Positions 11,390 to 21,520 of a stretch of 50,127 nucleotides of DNA are shown here, piece by piece. Under the pieces are notes generated by a model that worked only from the letters and a program-made list of their open reading frames with translations, was not told where the DNA came from and searched no databases. The DNA is from Nitrospirota bacterium (GTDB taxonomy: Bacteria; Nitrospirota; Thermodesulfovibrionia; JACRGW01; JBFLZU01), in the NCBI GenBank assembly GCA_040756155.1, contig JBFLZU010000070.1:1-50127 (forward strand). The letters run 5' to 3'. The stretch's first letter is position 1, and the number at the start of each line of letters is the position of its first letter. The position numbers and the translations under genes were made by a program.

Positions 11390-12889
11390 TTATACGGCTA
11401 TATCGAACTGTTCCTGATGAATGTTGTTGTCCGCTTTTACGATAATTTTCACCCCAGATTCTTTCTCGATGTCTTCTATTTCCTGTCGTTCTTCATCGTA
11501 AAGTAGATCTGCAACACTTGGATTAACTGTGACGAATATATTCTTTCCACGCATCTTTGTTGACCTCCTTATCTCTCTGAATATCTCGTAACAGACTGTG
11601 GTCAGTGATTTTATATGTCCCCTCCCATCGCAGTACGGGCATGGTTCGCAGAGTATCCTTCCAAGGCTGTCTCTTACCCGCTTTCTTGTCATTTCGATGA
11701 GTCCGAGTTCGGATATCTGAAATATGCTGGATTTAGCCTTATCGTTTGATAGCGCTTCTTGGAGTGCTACATAAACCTTTTTCCTGTCTTCTTCCCTTTC
11801 CATATCTATAAAATCTATTATAATTATTCCTCCAATGTTTCTTAACCTGAGTTGGTATGCGATTTCTTTTACAGCCTCGAGGTTCGTTTTAAGTATTGTC
11901 TCATCGAAGTCTCTCTTGCCCACATACCTGCCTGTATTTACATCAATTGCAGTTAGCGCCTCTGTTTGTTCAATTACAATATAGCCTCCAGACTTCAGCC
12001 ATACCTTTCTTCCCAATGCCCTTGATATCTCTATCTCGATACCATATGCATCGAATATTGGTTCTTCTCTTTCATATAATTCAATCTTTGTTGCCAGTGA
12101 AGGGAGATAAGTATTTGCAAAATCTATAGCCCTTCTGTATTCCTCCTTATTATCTATAATCAGTCTTTTCACATCTTGGGAAAAGAGGTCTCTTATTGTC
12201 TTAAAAAGGAGGTCTAAGTCGCTGTGAAGCAGGGCAGGTGCAGATATTCGTTCTCTTTTCTTCTGAATATTTCCCCAGAGCAATTCCAGAAATTCCATAT
12301 CAACCTTAAAATCTTCTTCGTTTCTTCCTTCACTCACTGTTCTGACTATATACCCTGCATTAGGCCTTTTTATCTTAGAAATGATGTTTCTCAACCGCTC
12401 CCTTTCCTTATCGTCGGCAATCTTCCTTGATACACCAATATGTTCTACCCCAGGCATGTAGACAAGATACCTGCCAGGGAGTGTGATATATGAGGTGACA
12501 CGTGCACCTTTTGTTCCGATGGGCTCTTTTGATACCTGTACAACTACATCCTGTCCTTCCTGTAGAAGATCCTCGATAGAGAAAGGAGGGAAAGAGTCGG
12601 TAAGGGTACCCTCAAGTTTTTGCTGAGATTCCTCTTCCATTAGATGTACATATTCATCGAGATTGTTTGTCACATCTGATACAAACAGAAATGCGGCCTT
12701 CTCAAGCCCTATATCCACGAAGGCAGACTGCATTCCTGGAAGCACCTTTACCACCTTTCCTTTATACACATTCCCTACAATACTGGTATCCTTTTTTCTG
12801 TCGATATACAGTTCTGTAACCTGTCCGTTTTCAAGAAGTGCTACCCTCGTTTCCTCCCTTGTAGCGTTAACGATTATCTCAGTAGACAT
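11390..12889 (-). CDS. rng: Ribonuclease G/E family endoribonuclease
   Basis: S1 domain VGNVYKGKVVKVLPGMQSAFVDIG, catalytic core, and Zn-link CPYCDGRGHI. 499 aa. Confidence 0.85.
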   Translation of the reverse strand: MSTEIIVNATREETRVALLENGQVTELYIDRKKDTSIVGNVYKGKVVKVLPGMQSAFVDIGLEKAAFLFVSDVTNNLDEYVHLMEEESQQKLEGTLTDSFPPFSIEDLLQEGQDVVVQVSKEPIGTKGARVTSYITLPGRYLVYMPGVEHIGVSRKIADDKERERLRNIISKIKRPNAGYIVRTVSEGRNEEDFKVDMEFLELLWGNIQKKRERISAPALLHSDLDLLFKTIRDLFSQDVKRLIIDNKEEYRRAIDFANTYLPSLATKIELYEREEPIFDAYGIEIEISRALGRKVWLKSGGYIVIEQTEALTAIDVNTGRYVGKRDFDETILKTNLEAVKEIAYQLRLRNIGGIIIIDFIDMEREEDRKKVYVALQEALSNDKAKSSIFQISELGLIEMTRKRVRDSLGRILCEPCPYCDGRGHIKSLTTVCYEIFREIRRSTKMRGKNIFVTVNPSVADLLYDEERQEIEDIEKESGVKIIVKADNNIHQEQFDIAV

Positions 12890-12890
12890 A

Positions 12891-15428
12891 TCAAATCTTC
12901 TCTCCTTTTACTTCTAATGCTTCTAATGGGTCTAACCACTCCCAAGCTTTTATTCCATAAATTCCTATTCTCTTAATATCCACAGGTATTGTTGAAGTGT
13001 AGTCATCAAATATTACTTTCAGTATCTCTGGTAGTTTATGTCCAGATTCTGAGACATCCGTAACCCACAATTTAAGGCTATGCTTATTTTCATCCATTGC
13101 AATCTCTATACGTTCTAACATCTCCCTTATATTTAAACCCTTTACCCCCTTTTTGGTCTTTCTTGCTATGATAATGCTATTCTTTTGCATCAGTGATTCG
13201 ATACGATTTTTTAGATATCCTCTATCACACCCATTACATTTTACAGAATAGATGTATCCCTTGACAAAAGACGAAAGCGTTTTACTGTCCTTCGGAATTA
13301 CCTTTGCACTGCTGACAGAGATTCCTTCAGGAAGGGTTGCGTTAAGCCTCTGGATGAGCATATGCACATCTATTGGTGGAATTACCTCGATGTCAAGATA
13401 TTCCTTCAGGCCCTCTATACCTACAGGTAAGGGTGGGGCAAAGGAGATTTTCGGATGAGGATTGAAACCTCGAGAATATACCACAGGGATATCAGCCCTG
13501 CTTAAAGCCCTTGTTAAGAGAGTCGCCAGTTCTAAATGAGAGAGAAAACGCATCAACCCCGTTTTGGAATATTGAACTCTTATCTTTATAGCCGAAGGTG
13601 GAATACTGATTGTGCCTCGGTGCTGCGGCGCCGCAATGATGTGGTGCTGTTGTGTTGCGGTATTGCGTTTAATTGTATCTATTACGGTTAACTCACATCT
13701 ATCCTGCAGTCCACACCCAGCACATGTGGAGTAAAGGCAGTCTTCTGTTGTATTACCCCTTTTTGCTCTGGCATATTCGCTTTTAAGGAATGCTGTTGTT
13801 ACACCTATATCTATATGTTTCCATGGGAGTTCTTCACTCGTAGGTCTCTCTCTGCATGCATAATGATATAAATCTATGCCTGTGACCTCAGATGCATTAA
13901 GCCATTTTTTAAAATCGAACGACTCTGTCCATCCATCGAATCGGCATCCGAGACGCCATGCCTCTTTTATGAGGCGTGAGATATTCCTGTCACCCCTTGA
14001 GATACAAGCCTCAAGAAGGCTCATCTCAGGGATATGAAATTTAAGATTTAATTGCCTTTTCACCTGGCTCTTCAGATATTCCATTGTCCGCATGATTTCA
14101 TTTTGTGGTATCTGTCCTGACCATTGAAATGGGGTATGTGGTTTTGGCACAAATGTAGAGACACTTACATTTATATTAACGAATCTCTTACTGTATCTTT
14201 TCGCTACATCAAAAACCCTGTGGCACATTGTGACTATACCGTCTAAATCTTCATGGTTTTCGAATGGTAGCCCTATCATAAAATACATCTTCAAGATGTT
14301 CCATCCATGTGTAAATATATTGGCTACAGTTTTTGATAATTCTTCCTCGTCAAGTGGCTTATTTATAATGTTTCTCAGTCGCACAGAGCCTGCCTCCGGT
14401 GCTATAGTAAATCCTGTCTTTCTCACCCTTTTAATCTCCTGGATTATCTCGCTGTTAAGTGTTCCTATCCGAATGGAAGGGAGTGATACGGATACATGCT
14501 GGCTGGAATATCTATCTGTAAGTTCTCTGAGAAGGGGGAAAAGAGAGAAATAATCCCCTATGCTGAGCGATACCAGTGAGAGTTCCTTATACCCTGTGCT
14601 CTTCAATGATCTATCAGTTATCTCAATTATTCGTAAGGGTGTCCTTTCTCTCAGTGGACGGTATATAATTCCTGCCTGACAGAACCTACATCCACGCGTA
14701 CAACCCCTTGATACCTCTACCGCAATTCTGTCATGTATTGTCTTAATATATGGCATGACTGGTGTATCAGGAAAATATGCATCATCAAGGTTATGAACTA
14801 TTCTCTTGATTACCGATTGATTGGATACCGCTGGAACATACACCCCATTTACCGATGAGAGGGCATTCATCAGGGATGTCTTTGAGGCTCTATTCTCCTT
14901 CCATTCTCTGTATAGATCGATGATCTCGTTAATTACATCCTCACCATCTCCGATGACAAAGGCATCGATGAATTCTGATAGAGGTTCAGGATTGGAGGCA
15001 CATGGCCCTCCTGCAATTATAAGAGGGAAACCCTTTTCTCGTTCTTCTGTTTTCAATGGTATACCTGAAAGGTTGAGTATATTGAGTATATTTGTAAATG
15101 TCAGCTCATACTGGAGTGTAAACCCGATTATATCAAACCGATTTAATGGTGTAGATGACTCAGTGCTCATAAGTGGTATGCCATTGTTTCTCAACATCTT
15201 TTCATAATCTATCCATGGGGCATAGGCTCGTTCGCATAGGACATCGTTTCTTGTATTTAAAAGACCATAAAGAATCTTTAACCCTATATGGGACATTCCA
15301 ACTTCATATGTGTCTGGAAATACTAATGCAACCTTTACCTTTGTATCATCCCATGATTTATGAACAGCATTTATCTCATGGTCGATATATCTGCTTGGTC
15401 TTTGTACCTTATATAGAAATTGGTTCAA
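12891..15428 (-). CDS. Radical SAM protein, TIGR03960-like N-terminal part fused to a TIGR03936/DUF2344-like C-terminal part
   Basis: CxxxCxxC cluster motif SRGCTRGCRFCQAG. C-terminal RVQYSKTGLMRFLSHLE. The position directly upstream of rng is the common arrangement. Confidence 0.8.
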   Translation of the reverse strand: MNQFLYKVQRPSRYIDHEINAVHKSWDDTKVKVALVFPDTYEVGMSHIGLKILYGLLNTRNDVLCERAYAPWIDYEKMLRNNGIPLMSTESSTPLNRFDIIGFTLQYELTFTNILNILNLSGIPLKTEEREKGFPLIIAGGPCASNPEPLSEFIDAFVIGDGEDVINEIIDLYREWKENRASKTSLMNALSSVNGVYVPAVSNQSVIKRIVHNLDDAYFPDTPVMPYIKTIHDRIAVEVSRGCTRGCRFCQAGIIYRPLRERTPLRIIEITDRSLKSTGYKELSLVSLSIGDYFSLFPLLRELTDRYSSQHVSVSLPSIRIGTLNSEIIQEIKRVRKTGFTIAPEAGSVRLRNIINKPLDEEELSKTVANIFTHGWNILKMYFMIGLPFENHEDLDGIVTMCHRVFDVAKRYSKRFVNINVSVSTFVPKPHTPFQWSGQIPQNEIMRTMEYLKSQVKRQLNLKFHIPEMSLLEACISRGDRNISRLIKEAWRLGCRFDGWTESFDFKKWLNASEVTGIDLYHYACRERPTSEELPWKHIDIGVTTAFLKSEYARAKRGNTTEDCLYSTCAGCGLQDRCELTVIDTIKRNTATQQHHIIAAPQHRGTISIPPSAIKIRVQYSKTGLMRFLSHLELATLLTRALSRADIPVVYSRGFNPHPKISFAPPLPVGIEGLKEYLDIEVIPPIDVHMLIQRLNATLPEGISVSSAKVIPKDSKTLSSFVKGYIYSVKCNGCDRGYLKNRIESLMQKNSIIIARKTKKGVKGLNIREMLERIEIAMDENKHSLKLWVTDVSESGHKLPEILKVIFDDYTSTIPVDIKRIGIYGIKAWEWLDPLEALEVKGEKI
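13612..13667. repeat. Family B octamer array (GTGCCTCG GTGCTGCG GCGCCGCA ATGATGTG GTGCTGTT GTGTTGCG GTATTGCG), in-frame in the radical SAM linker
   Basis: 8-nt phasing read directly. On the coding (minus) strand it translates NTATQQHHIIAAPQHRGT, between the two conserved halves of the protein. Confidence 0.75.
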
Positions 15429-16543
15429 TAGAAAAGTTGAAACCTCCTCATTTTGATATTGAGCAACAGACCAATGGAAATAAAATTCGTAAGCATAGAG
15501 CTACCGCCATAGCTCATAAAAGGTAAAGGAATTCCAACAATAGGGGCAATACCAAGTGTCATTCCGATATTTATGAAGGTATAAAGAGAGAACGTAGATA
15601 TTATTCCTACTGCCATTATGCATCCAAGATGATCTTTTGACTTTAAGGCGACCTCTATACCCATAAATATCAAAAACAGGTATATAGCAAATAAGATGAT
15701 ACACCCGATAAATCCCCATTCTTCGGCAAAGACAGAGAATATGAAATCTGTATGTCGTTCAGGAAGAAACCTAAGATACCCCTGTGTGCCGGAGAGATAG
15801 CCTTTCCCAAAGAACTGTCCTGAACCTATAGCTATCTTTGATTGTGTTATATGGTATCCAATACCGAGGGGATCTGTATCGGGTTGAAAGAAGGCGATGA
15901 TACGGTTTCTCTGGTATTCTTTAAGCTGTGACCACAATGTTTCACTTAGAAATGGGACTGATAGAATACCTATAGAGATAAGTATTGTTAGCGCCTTTAC
16001 CTTTAATCCTGCTACAGTAGTCATAACGAAGAATGTAAATAAAAACGCCATCCCAGTTCCCAAATCGGGTTGTTTTATTACGAGAAGGGAGGGTATGATG
16101 AGAAAGAAGATAGCGGGTATAATTAGTTCCTTTATACTATAGACTCCACTGTCTTTATTCTCAGAGAGATATTTTGAAAGGGCGAGTATGAAGAAAAGTC
16201 TTGCAAATTCAGATGGTTGAAATGAGAATGATCCTGCTGATATCCATCTCTGTGCACCCATGCCTGCCCTCCCAACAAAGAGGACTAATACAAGTAAAAA
16301 AATGCCTATACCATATAGCAGATATGCGTGCTTAGCAATAGTTCTGTAATCAATACTCACAACAAACAGCATTCCTGCAATACCTAACAATGTCCATAAT
16401 ATCTGCTTGATATAAAAAGGTATATTTTGAGAGTCTAAACCTCTAGTAGCACTGAAGATGGTTATGATTCCAATGGCTGTTATCAGGAGTGTTAATCCCA
16501 CGATGCCCCAGTCGAAGTTTGCTATTAATCTTCTATCAAGCAC
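15425..16543 (-). CDS. rodA: Rod shape-determining protein RodA (SEDS glycosyltransferase)
   Basis: FtsW/RodA/SpoVE polytopic pattern with PLPFMSYGGSSML near the C-terminus. Sits in the mre/mrd cluster. Confidence 0.9.
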   Translation of the reverse strand: MLDRRLIANFDWGIVGLTLLITAIGIITIFSATRGLDSQNIPFYIKQILWTLLGIAGMLFVVSIDYRTIAKHAYLLYGIGIFLLVLVLFVGRAGMGAQRWISAGSFSFQPSEFARLFFILALSKYLSENKDSGVYSIKELIIPAIFFLIIPSLLVIKQPDLGTGMAFLFTFFVMTTVAGLKVKALTILISIGILSVPFLSETLWSQLKEYQRNRIIAFFQPDTDPLGIGYHITQSKIAIGSGQFFGKGYLSGTQGYLRFLPERHTDFIFSVFAEEWGFIGCIILFAIYLFLIFMGIEVALKSKDHLGCIMAVGIISTFSLYTFINIGMTLGIAPIVGIPLPFMSYGGSSMLTNFISIGLLLNIKMRRFQLFY

Positions 16544-16573
16544 CTTTATTCTCCTTATGGTTCTACAAACTCA

Positions 16574-16653
16574 CCATGCACCCTGAAGCTCGCCATGCAC
16601 CCTGAGCTTGTCGAAGGGTGAGATTGCTTCGTCGCTTTGCTCTTCGCAATAAC
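16574..16653. repeat. Composite intergenic repeat: direct repeat CCATGCACCCTGA(A)GCT x2, hairpin CACCCTgagcttgtcgaAGGGTG (family C), then a GAGATTGCTTCG...CTTCGCAATAAC arm (family D)
   Basis: Read directly. The same CCCTGAnnTTGTCGAAGGG core recurs at 41975-41993. The GATTGCTTCG / CGCAAT motifs recur at 28035-28140 and 29781-29854. Confidence 0.75.
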
Positions 16654-16670
16654 ACACTAAAACACTCCTA

Positions 16671-18473
16671 TTATTGAACAGCCTTGTTCTTATTGCTCTC
16701 GATATATGCCTCAATAACCTTTTTTGCTATCGGTGCTGCTGTGGTTCCTCCCCTCCTACCGTGTTCTACCAGAACAGAAACAACAATAGAAGGGGAATCA
16801 ACAGGTGCAAAGGCAATAAACCACGCATGGTCAGCAAACTTTCTTAAATGAGACAGTGGTTTGCCACTCTGTATTCCTATAACCTGTGATGTTCCAGTCT
16901 TACCACCTATGGTTGTGATCTTCGATTGTGCTGCTCTGCCTGTTCCTTCTGGTGCTTCAACGACATCCTGAAGGGACTGACGAATAAAATCAAGTACTTC
17001 GATGTCATTTAAATGCACATCCCGTGACTCTATATTTTCATTACGCACAATCCGTGGCTTATAGATCTTACCGCCATTTACAAAGGCACTTAGAGCCACT
17101 GCCATCTGCAATGGTGTTACAGATATGTAGCCCTGTCCGATAGACACAGATAGTGTTTCTCCATAAAACCATCTTTCTCCTTTTATCTTTTTCTTCCACG
17201 AAGTTGAAGGTATTACCCCTGCATTTTCAGGATTAGCAGATATTCCGGTAACCATACCAAGCCCGAATTTATTTGCGTATTCTGCAATCCTATCTACGCC
17301 GAGCTTCCTTCCTAATTCATAAAAATAGACATCGCAGGATTCCACTATAGCTCTGTGTAGAGAAACAATACCATGTCCTTCTTTTTTCCAGCATCTATAG
17401 TCTCTTCCTCCAAATCGTATCGAACCCTGACACCTTACACTCCAAGATGGATCTATAATGCCGGTATCAAGCCCTGCAGCAGCAACTATTATCTTGAATG
17501 TAGAACCTGGTGGATAGAGTCCCTGGGTAGCTCTGTTTGTAAGTGGATGATCCTGGTGATTCAATAAACCCTGCCATTGCTGGCGACTTATACCTTTTGA
17601 AAATTGATTTGGATCAAATCCAGGGCGACTGACGAGGGCTAATATCTCACCACTCATCGGATCCATGGCAACTATTGCCCCTGAATGTTTACCTAATGCT
17701 TCTTCTGCAGCCTTCTGTGTTTTTATATCAATGGTAAGATGGATATCATTCCCCTTCTCTGGTTCTTTCGCAGATAGCATTCTTATCTCCTGACCTATAG
17801 CATTCACTTCTATCATCCTGTTTCCAGGGGTTCCTCTGAGGGCTCTGTCGAATGTTCGCTCTATACCCCATTGTCCGATTGCAATAGACGATGGGAGATT
17901 CCTGTATTCGTGATCCTTTGACTGCTCGGGTGTTATCCTTCCGAGGTATCCGAGTAAATGTCCACCTATGTCACCATAAAGGTAATCCCGTTTTACCGTT
18001 GCTTCTACCGATACACCTAACAGGTCACTCCTGCGTGCCTCAATCATTGCGACCTCTTTCCATGTAATATTTTCTTTTACCCTCACTGGCTCAAAAGGTT
18101 TGCTCTGTCTATAGTTAGCAATCTTTTTCTTTATATCTTCTTCTGGAATATTAAGCAGGAATCCAAGTGTTTTGATGGTTTCTTCGATTCTCTCCTCTGT
18201 GTATGTATCTTCGATACTGAATGTTACATCGAAACTCGGTATATTGTTTACAATAGGTATACTATTTCTATCATAGAGTATGCCTCGCGGAGGAATGGTC
18301 TTGATGACACGTACTCTATTATTTTCTGAGAGGTTTCTATAGTGTTTGCCTTTGAGTATCTGGAGATGCCATATTCTTATGGTAAATATTAAGAAGAATA
18401 CCGCTACGATAATACTGAGGTATTTAATCCTTTTTATTATATCTTCTCTGTTGTCTCTATTTACATCTATCAT
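16671..18473 (-). CDS. mrdA: Penicillin-binding protein 2 (elongasome transpeptidase)
   Basis: N-terminal TM anchor. Transpeptidase motifs GSTFKII and GKTGTSQV. 600 aa, between mreD and rodA. Confidence 0.9.
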   Translation of the reverse strand: MIDVNRDNREDIIKRIKYLSIIVAVFFLIFTIRIWHLQILKGKHYRNLSENNRVRVIKTIPPRGILYDRNSIPIVNNIPSFDVTFSIEDTYTEERIEETIKTLGFLLNIPEEDIKKKIANYRQSKPFEPVRVKENITWKEVAMIEARRSDLLGVSVEATVKRDYLYGDIGGHLLGYLGRITPEQSKDHEYRNLPSSIAIGQWGIERTFDRALRGTPGNRMIEVNAIGQEIRMLSAKEPEKGNDIHLTIDIKTQKAAEEALGKHSGAIVAMDPMSGEILALVSRPGFDPNQFSKGISRQQWQGLLNHQDHPLTNRATQGLYPPGSTFKIIVAAAGLDTGIIDPSWSVRCQGSIRFGGRDYRCWKKEGHGIVSLHRAIVESCDVYFYELGRKLGVDRIAEYANKFGLGMVTGISANPENAGVIPSTSWKKKIKGERWFYGETLSVSIGQGYISVTPLQMAVALSAFVNGGKIYKPRIVRNENIESRDVHLNDIEVLDFIRQSLQDVVEAPEGTGRAAQSKITTIGGKTGTSQVIGIQSGKPLSHLRKFADHAWFIAFAPVDSPSIVVSVLVEHGRRGGTTAAPIAKKVIEAYIESNKNKAVQ

Positions 18474-19042
18474 TAAATAAGACCCCTCTCTTTTACCCTG
18501 AATGTATGATATAAATATTTAAATAACATTAACATTACAGTACCGAGAATACTGTTATAGAGAGGTTGTATAAGAATAATTCTGGTAAATAATTCAACAA
18601 TAGGATAGGCATACCAGAATATGTTAAGGAAGACATAATTAATGATACCATCAATGATAGAGAGAATGAGGATAAGGATGGCATTAATCCCGGCATCGAT
18701 CTTAAAAATATTCTGTGAAAATTTACCTGATAGAAAACCGATGGTGGATTTTGATATAAGATTAGGTCCGATAATAACACCAGAGACCATATCTAATAAA
18801 AAGCCCATTATGGCACCCGTAACCATACCTGAGACCTGAGGGTCATTAAAGTATAGCGATATATTGCGATTATTGCGTATATCTACACTATACGGAATCA
18901 TCAACCTGTTATATATACCTACAAAGTAAGTTACTATGAGTGTAAGATCTGGTTTAATTTCAAGGATACCCAATCTATTTAAAAGGGTAGACTGGATAGA
19001 TATGAGAAAGAAAGAAAATACAATCAGGATTATGAATCTCAT
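18473..19042 (-). CDS. mreD: Rod shape-determining protein MreD
   Basis: Small polytopic membrane protein. Overlaps the mreC stop by 4 nt and precedes mrdA. Confidence 0.7.
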   Translation of the reverse strand: MRFIILIVFSFFLISIQSTLLNRLGILEIKPDLTLIVTYFVGIYNRLMIPYSVDIRNNRNISLYFNDPQVSGMVTGAIMGFLLDMVSGVIIGPNLISKSTIGFLSGKFSQNIFKIDAGINAILILILSIIDGIINYVFLNIFWYAYPIVELFTRIILIQPLYNSILGTVMLMLFKYLYHTFRVKERGLI

Positions 19043-19872
19043 CTTCTTTGTTCCTTTCTATTATCAATTATAGCTACTTCTTCGATTCTGTTAAGTCTTA
19101 CACCAGGAATTATCTCTATCTCTTGAAATAGACCACTACCACCCTTTTTATTTATCTTAGAGATGTAGCCTACAAACAATCCCGCAGGATATATATTATC
19201 TAATCCTGATGTTATGACGGCGTCGTTGATCTTCAGATCAACAGAATGTGGAATATATTTAAGGTGACATCTGTCTGTGCCCTTACCTTCTACTATTCCT
19301 TCATCCCTTGTGTGCTGTATTCTTACAGATATTGTGCTCTGGATGTCAGTAATGAGTAAAACTTTAGAGTAGTGAGGTCCTGGCTGAAATATTTTTCCTA
19401 CAACCCCTGAGGGTGTGACGACGACCATATCCTTATGCACTCCATCATCTCTGCCTTTATTTACAGTAACAATCCTGAACCAGTTTGTAGGATCCCTGCC
19501 TATCACCCTTGCCGCCGTCACATATCTAGTTTCTGATTCTTTGAGCATTAGCAACTGTCTGAGGCGTTTGTTTTCCTCAAGGATTTCCATATGTTGAGCC
19601 ATCTCTCCTTTCAATTTTTCAATCTCTTCTTTAAACCGCTGGTTTTCAGAAAATGTCTTGACGGCATAGATATATCTATCCCACAGATGGATTATCCCGC
19701 CAGAGATTGAGACTATCCCCCTTTCAATAGGGAGGGCTATGAAATTTGCAATATGATTCAGTATGGGTTGGTTTTTGAGGGTACGACTCTGTAGGCTCAT
19801 CCATAAGAATGAGAAAAGGATTATCAAGAAAAGTATAGCCACCTTCTTATATCTAAGAAGGAATTGAAGCAT
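19039..19872 (-). CDS. mreC: Rod shape-determining protein MreC
   Basis: TM anchor, coiled coil (EIEKLKGEMAQHMEILEENKRLRQLL), and beta-rich C-terminal domains. Follows mreB. Confidence 0.85.
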   Translation of the reverse strand: MLQFLLRYKKVAILFLIILFSFLWMSLQSRTLKNQPILNHIANFIALPIERGIVSISGGIIHLWDRYIYAVKTFSENQRFKEEIEKLKGEMAQHMEILEENKRLRQLLMLKESETRYVTAARVIGRDPTNWFRIVTVNKGRDDGVHKDMVVVTPSGVVGKIFQPGPHYSKVLLITDIQSTISVRIQHTRDEGIVEGKGTDRCHLKYIPHSVDLKINDAVITSGLDNIYPAGLFVGYISKINKKGGSGLFQEIEIIPGVRLNRIEEVAIIDNRKEQRR

Positions 19873-19923
19873 TGGTAGTCCCCCATGATTTTAAAGTTTA
19901 TAAAAAGATCGGCTTAGAATTCA

Positions 19924-20949
19924 CTAATGCACAGCAATCTTTTTGAGTGTATCCAGTTCATCGAGGACTTTTCCCACACCAAGAACTACAGCCGAGAGAG
20001 GCTCTTCGGCTACTATAATAGGAAGTCCTGTTTCTTCTCTTAATAGCAAATCAAGCCCCTTAAGTAAGGCACCACCTCCTGCTATGACTATTCCTCTATC
20101 AACAATATCCGAAGCGAGTTCTGGTGGGGTGTTTTCAAGAGCTAATTTTATTGTGCTGACGATTGAGCCAAGAATATCCGTGAATGCCTCACGTATCTCA
20201 GTATTATTGATAACTAATGTCCTGGGAATTCCTGATACGAGGTCTCTCCCTTTTACTTCTATTTCCTTTCGTTCGTTATTTACAGGATAGGCAGAGCCAA
20301 TGTCAATCTTTATCTGTTCGGCTGTTCTTTCTCCGATGAGCATCTTATACTTCTTCTTAAGGTAATTTACTATTGCCTCATCCATCTTATCACCGCCAAT
20401 CCTTATCACTCTGCTGTAAACAACACCATAAAGGGAGATTACTGCAACATCAGTTGTTCCACCGCCAATATCGACAATCATATTGCCAACAGGCTCGGTG
20501 ATAGGGAGTCCTACACCTATAGCAGCAGCCATGGGTTCTTCGATAAGGTAAACCTCCCTTGCACCAGAAGATTCGGCAGCATCCCTGACAGCCCTCTGTT
20601 CTACCTGTGTAATGCCTGATGGAACCCCTATGGCGACTCTCGGTGATACAAATGTCTTTCGTTTATGAACCTTTGCTATAAAATGTTTCAACATTGCTCC
20701 CGTGACATCAAAATCAGCAATCACACCATCCTTCATTGGTCTCACTGCAACTATGTTTTCCGGTGTCCTTCCTACCATCTTTTTAGCTTCATGACCTACA
20801 GCGAGTACCCTATTTGCTCCCTGCTGTAGTGCAACAATAGATGGTTCATCACATACGATTCCTTTCCCTTTTACATATATCAGTGTGTTTGCTGTGCCGA
20901 GGTCAATGGCGAGATCTTCAGAAAACCAGCCAAATATCTTCTTTAACAT
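19924..20949 (-). CDS. mreB: Rod shape-determining protein MreB (actin homologue)
   Basis: [11 protein letters not shown] and [11 protein letters not shown] phosphate-binding motifs. 341 aa. Confidence 0.95.
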   Translation of the reverse strand: MLKKIFGWFSEDLAIDLGTANTLIYVKGKGIVCDEPSIVALQQGANRVLAVGHEAKKMVGRTPENIVAVRPMKDGVIADFDVTGAMLKHFIAKVHKRKTFVSPRVAIGVPSGITQVEQRAVRDAAESSGAREVYLIEEPMAAAIGVGLPITEPVGNMIVDIGGGTTDVAVISLYGVVYSRVIRIGGDKMDEAIVNYLKKKYKMLIGERTAEQIKIDIGSAYPVNNERKEIEVKGRDLVSGIPRTLVINNTEIREAFTDILGSIVSTIKLALENTPPELASDIVDRGIVIAGGGALLKGLDLLLREETGLPIIVAEEPLSAVVLGVGKVLDELDTLKKIAVH

Positions 20950-20952
20950 TCC

Positions 20953-21447
20953 TTAACTCTCCTTTCTGTCGTCTATCACCTGAGTCTTGGCAATCTCATC
21001 ACCAATTCTCATGCCCTTTTCGTTACCTATAATTAAAAGCCCTTCAAAGGCGAAGATGATTAAAGGAAATACCCATCCAATCAAGGGGATATTGAAGAGA
21101 AGATAGCCTATACCAAAGGGGAAATTCCTTATAATCGATTCCTTGAAGTTACAGTTGCCTTCAAATGTTGTGGTTACCGCATTTGAAGAAGAGTCCTCCA
21201 TTTCTTCACGGATCAGTATTACCCTCAGACCTATCAATCTTTTGCCTATACTCTTTCCTTCAAACCCGTCTCCTATAAGCATATAGGTTAATCCAGCGAA
21301 AAACCCTACCTTGGGTATCAGCTCAAGTAGCGTCCAGACTATAAGTAGATCTATAAATCTTGCAATAAATCTGTTAAGCGTATTTGCCTTTTGGTATATG
21401 GTTTCTAATCTTTGCTGTTCTTCCAAGATGCCTCCTGCAAGATACAT
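20953..21447 (-). CDS. RDD family membrane protein
   Basis: RFIARFIDLLIV start of an RDD domain, plus three hydrophobic segments. Confidence 0.5.
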   Translation of the reverse strand: MYLAGGILEEQQRLETIYQKANTLNRFIARFIDLLIVWTLLELIPKVGFFAGLTYMLIGDGFEGKSIGKRLIGLRVILIREEMEDSSSNAVTTTFEGNCNFKESIIRNFPFGIGYLLFNIPLIGWVFPLIIFAFEGLLIIGNEKGMRIGDEIAKTQVIDDRKES

Positions 21448-21520
21448 ATTAACAAAGCCTTAAAGTGATTTCAAGGATTTTTATATTGATTTTAACTCTA
21501 AATTAGTATAAATTTTATAT

